A stretch of 64,000 bases of DNA from an uncultured Methanosarcinales archaeon. Its GTDB lineage: Archaea; Nanobdellota; Nanobdellia; Woesearchaeales; GW2011-AR15. Numbering within the stretch: the stretch's first letter is position 1; every line of letters starts with the position of its first letter. The stretch is from assembly GCA_964428335.1 (NCBI GenBank), contig CAYRXW010000003.1, positions 54,246 through 118,245 on the forward strand, given 5' to 3'. The position numbers and the translations under genes were made by a program. Below, piece after piece: positions 58,273 to 64,000 of the stretch. A model generated the notes under the pieces. The model searched no databases, was not told where the DNA came from, and worked only from the letters and a program-made list of their open reading frames with translations.

Positions 58273-60117
58273 ATGAATAAGGCAATATTAATTGCGCTGA
58301 TGCTGATTATTAGCATATTTACAGCAGCTGCGCAGGAAACAGAAATTGGAATCAATATAGAAAATGAGGTATCTGTGCTTTCAGAAGACAAATGCATAGA
58401 AAGACTTGGAAATTACCTTGAGGATCAGGGCAAGGATGCAGATGAAAGAAAAGTAAAGAATCTATGCCAGATGCTAAGGCAAAAAGCTAGGATGAACATA
58501 AAGACAAGGGAAGAAGGAGAAAAGCTTAAGCTTGAATTAAAGGAAAGAATTGAAAAGAACTTTGACAAATTATCAAAGGAAGACCAAAAAAAACTTCTTG
58601 AGATAGGCAAAGACAGGCTTGAGAACTGCGAAGGCAATGAAACTATAGGAGAATGCCTGAAGGATTACAGGATAGTAAGATTTGCAAACAAGGCAGACCT
58701 GTTTAGGCAAAGGACTGTAAACGGATGGGAAAAAGCAAGGGAAAGATTTGAGGAACTACAGGAAAAATTCTCAGAGATAAAAGTTGATTTAAACGAAGAG
58801 AGAAATGCATTTAGAGATGCCATAAAATCAGGAAATGATGAAGCTGCAAAAGATCATGCAAAAGCATACCTTTCAAATGTTGCAGATGTTGTAATAAACA
58901 ATCTTGAAAAAATCAAGGCAAAAGTAGAGGAAAATGATGACCTTACAGATGAAGAAGCATTAGAAATCACAGCTAAGATAGATGCAAAAATCGAAGCTAT
59001 GCTTGATGCAAAAGAAGAAGTGAATGACGCAGAAACAAAAGAAGAAATAAAAGCAGCTGGAAAAGAGATAATAAGCCAGTGGCAGAAAATGAAAAATGAA
59101 GTAAAGGAACATACTGCTAGTCTTGTCAAAGCAGCAACATTCGATGTCATGAAAAGGGCAGAGTTCCTTGAAAGGAAGCTTGAAAAGGCACTTGAAAAGC
59201 TTGATGAAAAAGGATATGATATAAGCTCAGAAGAAGAACTGCTAGAAGGATATAAGGATTATCTTGACAGCGCAAAAGAAAACTACAATCTTGCAAAAGA
59301 AAAATTTGCAGAAGCAAGAGAGACAAAAGGAAATTCATCTGAACTTATTGAGGATGCAAAGGAATACCTTAATGCAGCAAACGAGGATATGAGAAAAGCA
59401 CACGAAGTATCAAAAAGCATAATCCAAAACATCAAGAGGATTGCAAAAGATGACGCAAATGAGCTATTAGATGAAACAAGCGAAGATTATTATGAAGTAA
59501 AGAATCTACATGATGACCCAGATGATGATTCAGATGATGATGATTCAGATGGAATAAATTTTGAAGCTGAAGCAGATGTCTTTACAGATGTGACCCTAGT
59601 AGAAGTGGAATACAATGATAAGAAGACAGAATTTGAGACAGACGCAGACACAAGGGAAGAAGTGATAGATGAGATAGTAGAGAGATATAATGTTTCAAGG
59701 GACATGGTAGATGATGCATTGGACTTTGAGATTGAAGACAAATCATCAGAAGAAGATAGCAAAGATGATTCAGATGAGGATTCAGATTTAGATGATGACT
59801 CAATGGGTGATGATTCAAATGAAAATCAGTTTGAAGCTGAGGCAGATGTCTATACAGATGTAACCCTAGTAGAAGTGGAATACAATGATGAGAAGACAGA
59901 GTTTGAGACAGACGCAGACACAAGGGAAGAAGTGATAGATGAGATAGTAGAGAGATATAATGTTTCAAGGGACATGGTAGATGATGCATTGGACTTTGAG
60001 ATTGAAGACAAATCATCAGAAGAAGACAGTAGTGGTTCAGGCAAGGATGATGACTCAGATGATGACAGCCTAGAAGCAGAAGTAAACGCTTCAGGAAAAG
60101 TCAAAGTTGAAATCTAA
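58273..60117 (+). CDS. secreted acidic coiled-coil protein with internal tandem duplication
   Basis: Signal peptide MNKAILIALMLIISIFTAAA, long helical region, two 90-aa repeat units. Confidence 0.5.
   Translation: MNKAILIALMLIISIFTAAAQETEIGINIENEVSVLSEDKCIERLGNYLEDQGKDADERKVKNLCQMLRQKARMNIKTREEGEKLKLELKERIEKNFDKLSKEDQKKLLEIGKDRLENCEGNETIGECLKDYRIVRFANKADLFRQRTVNGWEKARERFEELQEKFSEIKVDLNEERNAFRDAIKSGNDEAAKDHAKAYLSNVADVVINNLEKIKAKVEENDDLTDEEALEITAKIDAKIEAMLDAKEEVNDAETKEEIKAAGKEIISQWQKMKNEVKEHTASLVKAATFDVMKRAEFLERKLEKALEKLDEKGYDISSEEELLEGYKDYLDSAKENYNLAKEKFAEARETKGNSSELIEDAKEYLNAANEDMRKAHEVSKSIIQNIKRIAKDDANELLDETSEDYYEVKNLHDDPDDDSDDDDSDGINFEAEADVFTDVTLVEVEYNDKKTEFETDADTREEVIDEIVERYNVSRDMVDDALDFEIEDKSSEEDSKDDSDEDSDLDDDSMGDDSNENQFEAEADVYTDVTLVEVEYNDEKTEFETDADTREEVIDEIVERYNVSRDMVDDALDFEIEDKSSEEDSSGSGKDDDSDDDSLEAEVNASGKVKVEI
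59560..60030 (+). repeat. tandem direct repeat, period 270 nt, two copies, about 96% identical with a 125-nt perfectly identical stretch
   Basis: TTTGAAGCTGA...GAAGAAGA(T/C)AG at 59560 and 59830. Confidence 0.85.
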
Positions 60118-60122
60118 AACGG

Positions 60123-60374
60123 GTGGGAAAAATGAATAATATAAAACTACAGCTCGTTGCTTTGATTTCAATTCTGGCCATTACAGCACTACTTACAAGC
60201 TGTACAAAAACCCAGATTCAGGCAGATGATTTAGCAAATGGGCAAAATGGAAACATAAATGAAGCACCAGCAACACTTCCAACAGAAGAAGTTGCAAATG
60301 TTGACAGCTCATTAAACCAGGAACCTATAGATTCAGAAATTTCTGATCTGGAAAATGACCTTGAAAACTGGTGA
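60123..60374 (+). CDS. small acidic lipoprotein-like protein
   Basis: LLTSC lipobox-like, 83 aa. Confidence 0.35.
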   Translation: MGKMNNIKLQLVALISILAITALLTSCTKTQIQADDLANGQNGNINEAPATLPTEEVANVDSSLNQEPIDSEISDLENDLENW

Positions 60375-60390
60375 TTTTTTATTTTTTTAT

Positions 60391-61152
60391 TTAGATTGTT
60401 ATAATATTATTTTTTAGTTTTGAAATAGAATATTCTGCAATTTTTTTCAGGTTAATCACATCTTCCTCATTATACCTTACCAGCAGCTCAAGATAATGCC
60501 TGTCTCCAGAGCCTTTATACATCTTCCAAAGTTTTATCGGGTCCCCGCTAAAAATTTTTTCAACATCTATATAATCTCGTTTTATCCCCAGCTCTTTTTC
60601 AATCTCCTTAAGGCCTCCTCTTAGTCCAGCCTTTCCTGCAAGAGTTCTTATGTCAATATGCGGTACATTAGGAAGAAGACCTGGATAAGCTTTATTCAGG
60701 TAAGGCAGGTCAAAGGAGCTTCCGTTAAACGTCAGCATTATCTTATAATTTTTTAGCTCTTTTCTTAAGACAGCGATATCAAGATTAACATCTTTAACCA
60801 TTATTTTAGTATCAATTCCATTAAACAGCCCAACCACAGTAAGGTAAGACTTACTTTTTGAGGCATTAGAAGTTTCTATATCCAGGAAAATAGCATCTTC
60901 CTTAAAATACTCATATATTCTCCATGTTTCAGTGCTTGGAAGCTTTTTTGCAAAATAAGAAGAATCCTCATCTATAAGCGCTTTTTTTGCAAGGATTATG
61001 AGCTTATCATAGGCTTTTTTTGAGCTTTTTGAAATTCCTTTAATCATATCGGCCTTAAGAAAATCGTCCCAAATTTTTATACCCTGCTTCCATATTGCTT
61101 TTTCTTTTGCAGCTTTTATTTTCGGAAGGAAAACGAACGAGGATTTTATCAT
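60391..61152 (-). CDS. RNase H-like/DEDD 3'-5' exonuclease domain protein (YprB-like)
   Basis: FLDIETSN (Exo I) and FNGSSFDLPYL (Exo II). Confidence 0.5.
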   Translation of the reverse strand: MIKSSFVFLPKIKAAKEKAIWKQGIKIWDDFLKADMIKGISKSSKKAYDKLIILAKKALIDEDSSYFAKKLPSTETWRIYEYFKEDAIFLDIETSNASKSKSYLTVVGLFNGIDTKIMVKDVNLDIAVLRKELKNYKIMLTFNGSSFDLPYLNKAYPGLLPNVPHIDIRTLAGKAGLRGGLKEIEKELGIKRDYIDVEKIFSGDPIKLWKMYKGSGDRHYLELLVRYNEEDVINLKKIAEYSISKLKNNIITI

Positions 61153-61194
61153 TTAAACTAAGTCTTTTTTAAAATTTAAATTGATTTTGGAAAA

Positions 61195-61602
61195 CTAGAT
61201 TATCCCTAATTCCTTAAACAGCTTTATAGAAGGTACACATAAATCTAGGTCTTTTATCTTGTCCTTATGCATCCATTTTAGTTCCATTATATCGTCTCCA
61301 GGCTTTTCATCCCCTTTTTCATAATCAGCAATAAAATTAAGAAAAATAAAATGCGTCATCGCTCCTTTCTTCTCACAGAAATCTTCAGCAAATCCAATTT
61401 TTTTTATGTTCTTAATATTTATATTTGCTTCTTCCATCACTTCCCTTTTTAGTGCATCTTCCAAGGATTCATTTCCCAGATTAACTCCCCCACCAATTAT
61501 GAGCCACTTGTCAGGATAAGGGCCAATACCTTTTGCTTTTTTCCCGAAAAGATAGAAATCACCTTTTTTTATTATGGAGCTTACAGCCACCCTATAGTTC
61601 AT
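61195..61602 (-). CDS. Nudix hydrolase
   Basis: GGGVNLGNESLEDALKREVMEEANI is a Nudix box. Confidence 0.75.
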   Translation of the reverse strand: MNYRVAVSSIIKKGDFYLFGKKAKGIGPYPDKWLIIGGGVNLGNESLEDALKREVMEEANINIKNIKKIGFAEDFCEKKGAMTHFIFLNFIADYEKGDEKPGDDIMELKWMHKDKIKDLDLCVPSIKLFKELGII

Positions 61603-61628
61603 GAATCTTTTATTAAATTAGGAATATA

Positions 61629-62579
61629 TTAAACTATTGATACCTTTTCTTCAGCTAAAATGCCATATTTTCCTGTAAAATTAGCTTTTGTTTCTATTAC
61701 ATATCTTGAGGGAGCATTTGGAGGGTAAAGCTCGCAAGGCTCACTAGCGCATGGTGGTACATCAGCATATATTGTTATTATCCTGAAACTTTCATCAAGA
61801 AAAATAATATCTATAGGAAAGTTCATGTTTTTCATATAAAACTTATAATACCCAGGCTTTTCAAATATGAACAGCATCCCTTCATCTTCAGAAAGGCTTT
61901 CCTTAAACATAAGCCCCAGTGCCCTTTCAGACTCATTATCAGCCACATCCAGGGATATGCATTTTCCTTCAAAACATGCCTTTTGGTCTTTTGGCATCAT
62001 GAAAAGCATACTTGATGCAAGAATGAAGACAAGAAAAAAAGCAGCCTTATTTTTACTGTTAATTATCATGAATATCTTATTAGTCGTGCTGTAAAACATT
62101 ACTGTTGCATAAATATAGGTTATCAAAGGGATGTAATAAAACAACATTGAAAAAATCACAATCGGGAAAATAACTGCAGCAATGTTTGAAGGTATGTTCC
62201 TTATGAAAATCTTCTTTTTCTTTAGCACTAAGCTTATCACCTGAGAGACAAAATAATATGCATAGACAAGCAGGAAAACCCTGATATCTCTCAGCCTGCC
62301 TAATAAGAATAAAGATAAAAATGCGCACAGCACAACAACCTTGTCTGCAGTTATGTCAAGCTTTTTCCCAAATTCACTTACTTTTTTAAGCTTTCTTGCA
62401 AGATAGCCATCAAGGATATCTGAAACTATGCTCAGTATGTAAAACAGCGAGAACAAAAGAATATTGTTATTTAATGCAGAAATGACCATAAATATCCCAA
62501 GGAAAAACCTAGAGAACGATAGGGTATTTGGATTCATCAAAACCATTGAAAAGCACAGTAACCTTTTTAAATTAACCAT
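61629..62579 (-). CDS. CDP-alcohol phosphatidyltransferase fused to C-terminal DUF192 (COG1430) domain
   Basis: DILDGYLARKLKKVSEFGKKLDITADKV is the CDP-OH_P_transf motif; the C-terminal 110 aa (ALGLMFKESL...MLFIF...MKNMNFPIDIIFLDE) is DUF192-like. Confidence 0.55.
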   Translation of the reverse strand: MVNLKRLLCFSMVLMNPNTLSFSRFFLGIFMVISALNNNILLFSLFYILSIVSDILDGYLARKLKKVSEFGKKLDITADKVVVLCAFLSLFLLGRLRDIRVFLLVYAYYFVSQVISLVLKKKKIFIRNIPSNIAAVIFPIVIFSMLFYYIPLITYIYATVMFYSTTNKIFMIINSKNKAAFFLVFILASSMLFMMPKDQKACFEGKCISLDVADNESERALGLMFKESLSEDEGMLFIFEKPGYYKFYMKNMNFPIDIIFLDESFRIITIYADVPPCASEPCELYPPNAPSRYVIETKANFTGKYGILAEEKVSIV

Positions 62580-62593
62580 TCTTCCAAGGATTT

Positions 62594-62768
62594 TATGTCA
62601 AAAGATAAAATCAATATGCCGATGAGCTCAGCAGGCATCACAAGATATTTTGATGATTATAAATCAAAGATTGAATTCAAGCCAGGTCATATTGTGTTTT
62701 TGGCAGTTGTTGTTATACTTATGGTTATCCTTCTGAACATGTTCGGAAGCACATGGTTTGGGTTTTAG
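62594..62768 (+). CDS. secG: Sec61beta/SecG preprotein translocase subunit, apparently frameshifted in a T6 run (62696-62701)
   Basis: The ATG frame gives MSKDKINMPMSSAGITRYFDDYKSKIEFKPGHIV (Sec61beta signature); after the T-run the +1 frame gives LAVVVILMVILLNMFGSTWFGF* (TM anchor); with 5 Ts this would be a clean 57-aa ORF. Confidence 0.5.
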
Positions 62769-62872
62769 CCAGGTTGGTGTTCTGGTTTTTTATGTCTTAT
62801 TAGCTATCTTCCTTCTATAGAAACATTTAAAAGAGCAGTCATATCTTATTCTAATTAAAAAGAGGGGTTAAT

Positions 62873-64000
62873 TTGGAGAGCAAAGCACTAGATTCATATT
62901 CAATTACTTCTGATAATATTCCTTTGCAGATTCATATCTATACAAGTGAAGGGCATCCAGTACCTTTCTACCATCTTTCCTTATTAAACATAACACCTGA
63001 GACAAAAAGAATAATTGAGCGTATACGAGAAGATATAATCACAGGACTTAGCTTTAACATAGCAAGCAAGAAAGCAAAAGACGGAGAGGCAGAGATAAAA
63101 GAGCAATTCAGGCTAAAGCTTAGGGAGATAGTAAAAAGTCAGTTCTCAGACCTTGACAAGGATACTACAGATATGATTACGAATTATATCATCACAACAA
63201 GCCTTGGCCTTGCTGAACTTGAATTCCTGCTTGAAGACCCGGAACTAGAGGAAATTGTGATAAACGGAGCTAATTCCAATGTATGGGTCTACCACAGAAA
63301 ATATGGATGGCTAAAGACAAACGTGTCTTATGATGATGAAAACAAGATAAGGCATTTTGCAACCCAGATAGGAAGGAAAGTTGACAAGGGAATAAGCATT
63401 CTTCAACCGTTACTTGATGCAAGCCTGGATTCAGGAGACAGGGTGAATGCAACACTAGCCCCTATAACCACAATGGGAAACACCTTAACAATAAGAAAAT
63501 TTTCCAAGACCCCGTGGAGCGTCACAACCTTCCTGAAAAACAAAACAATTGATTTTAGCTCTGCTGCAATAATCTGGCAGGCAATACAATATGAGCTTTC
63601 TGTTTTAATTGTAGGGGGAACAGGATCAGGCAAGACATCTTTTATGAACGTACTTGCAAATTTCTTCCCTCCAAATCAAAGGATAATTTCAATTGAGGAT
63701 ACAAGGGAACTTAGGCTTCCAAATACCCTGCACTGGGTAGCAATGCAGTCCAGGCTTGCAAACCCAGAAGGAAAAGGGGAAATAACAATGCTTGACTGCA
63801 TGATAAACACTTTGAGAATGAGGCCAGACAGGATTATTGTAGGAGAAGTAAGAAAGGAAAAAGAGCTAGAGGTAATGTTTGAAGCTATGCACACAGGACA
63901 TAGCGTCTACAGCACATTCCACGCTAGCAATGTGAATGAAGCAATCGCAAGATTAACCAATCCGCCAATCAATCTTCCAAAGCAGCTGCTTTCTTCTCTA
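62873..64000 (+). CDS. second FlaI/TadA/VirB11-family ATPase (partial, runs off window end)
   Basis: TTG start after SD AGAGGGGT; VGGTGSGKTSF Walker A, RPDRIIVGEVR, HTGHS. Confidence 0.7.
   Translation, partial: MESKALDSYSITSDNIPLQIHIYTSEGHPVPFYHLSLLNITPETKRIIERIREDIITGLSFNIASKKAKDGEAEIKEQFRLKLREIVKSQFSDLDKDTTDMITNYIITTSLGLAELEFLLEDPELEEIVINGANSNVWVYHRKYGWLKTNVSYDDENKIRHFATQIGRKVDKGISILQPLLDASLDSGDRVNATLAPITTMGNTLTIRKFSKTPWSVTTFLKNKTIDFSSAAIIWQAIQYELSVLIVGGTGSGKTSFMNVLANFFPPNQRIISIEDTRELRLPNTLHWVAMQSRLANPEGKGEITMLDCMINTLRMRPDRIIVGEVRKEKELEVMFEAMHTGHSVYSTFHASNVNEAIARLTNPPINLPKQLLSSL

Noticed and set aside
59490-60104. Minus-strand ORFs 59490-59762, 59582-60016 and 59850-60104 with internally repeated peptide sequences
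   Set aside because: Antisense shadows of the tandem duplication inside the + strand gene 58273-60117. Their repetitiveness just mirrors that repeat, and they have low-complexity S/L-rich composition.
1-64000. CRISPR arrays and rRNA genes
   Set aside because: No regularly spaced direct repeats of 25-40 nt and no rRNA-like conserved blocks were seen. The only strong direct repeats are the 270-nt intragenic duplication, the 7-bp element DRs and the 10-bp TGATTTAAAC pair.

Overview
AT-rich (about 30-40% GC) archaeal-type sequence. The gene content suggests a small-genome, DPANN-like archaeon, but that is my inference. The supporting genes are deoxyhypusine synthase, an aDim2-like KH protein, Lrp/AsnC, Sec61beta, a class-III-signal pilin, two FlaI/VirB11-like ATPases, UPP synthase and a CDP-alcohol phosphatidyltransferase. 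I saw no rRNA, tRNA or CRISPR. Three blocks. (1) 1-15.7 kb is a cell-envelope glycan locus. It holds a partial gmd, GT4 and GT-C glycosyltransferases, a SAM methyltransferase, a sugar-1-P nucleotidyltransferase with a fused RHH domain, and a complete ACP-dependent O-acylation module (AcpS-like, FkbH-like loader, ACP, MBOAT, two DltD/AlgX-like SGNH proteins). That module is unexpected in an archaeon. (2) 15,681-36,078 is a ~20.4-kb integrated mobile element that splits a secreted two-HKD (PLD-family) nuclease gene. The halves at 14911-15696 and 36078-36605 rejoin in frame when the element is removed. The element is bounded by 7-bp direct repeats (TGCACCA) abutting 23-bp terminal inverted repeats, with a tyrosine integrase next to the left end. 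Its cargo includes a secreted EEP nuclease and several small HTH, Zn-finger and RHH regulators. It also carries a translationally coupled six-gene defence operon (a small RHH controller 5' to hsdR, hsdR-hsdM-hsdS, then Mrr-like nuclease, small protein and an SMC/Rad50-like ATPase with a CxxC hook; I read the last three as Lamassu-like). A candidate replication origin (18-bp perfect inverted repeats around an AT-rich core) sits upstream of a 549-aa P-loop protein. (3) 36.6-64 kb is host housekeeping and accessory genes. These are two EamA transporters, Lrp/AsnC, two paralogous ~35-aa small ORFs, a cluster of small stress and membrane proteins (PLDc_N, SHOCT, DUF883/ElaB-like), an AI-2E permease, a PLP-decarboxylase and deoxyhypusine synthase operon, a KH protein, FNR-like, IscA, MscS and UppS. 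Then comes a type IV pilus-like locus (pilin, coiled-coil proteins, large FlaI-like ATPase, membrane-anchored wHTH protein) and a secreted acidic coiled-coil protein with a near-identical 270-nt tandem duplication. The block ends with DEDD exonuclease, Nudix, a CDP-alcohol phosphatidyltransferase/DUF192 fusion, an apparently frameshifted Sec61beta gene and a second partial FlaI-like ATPase.
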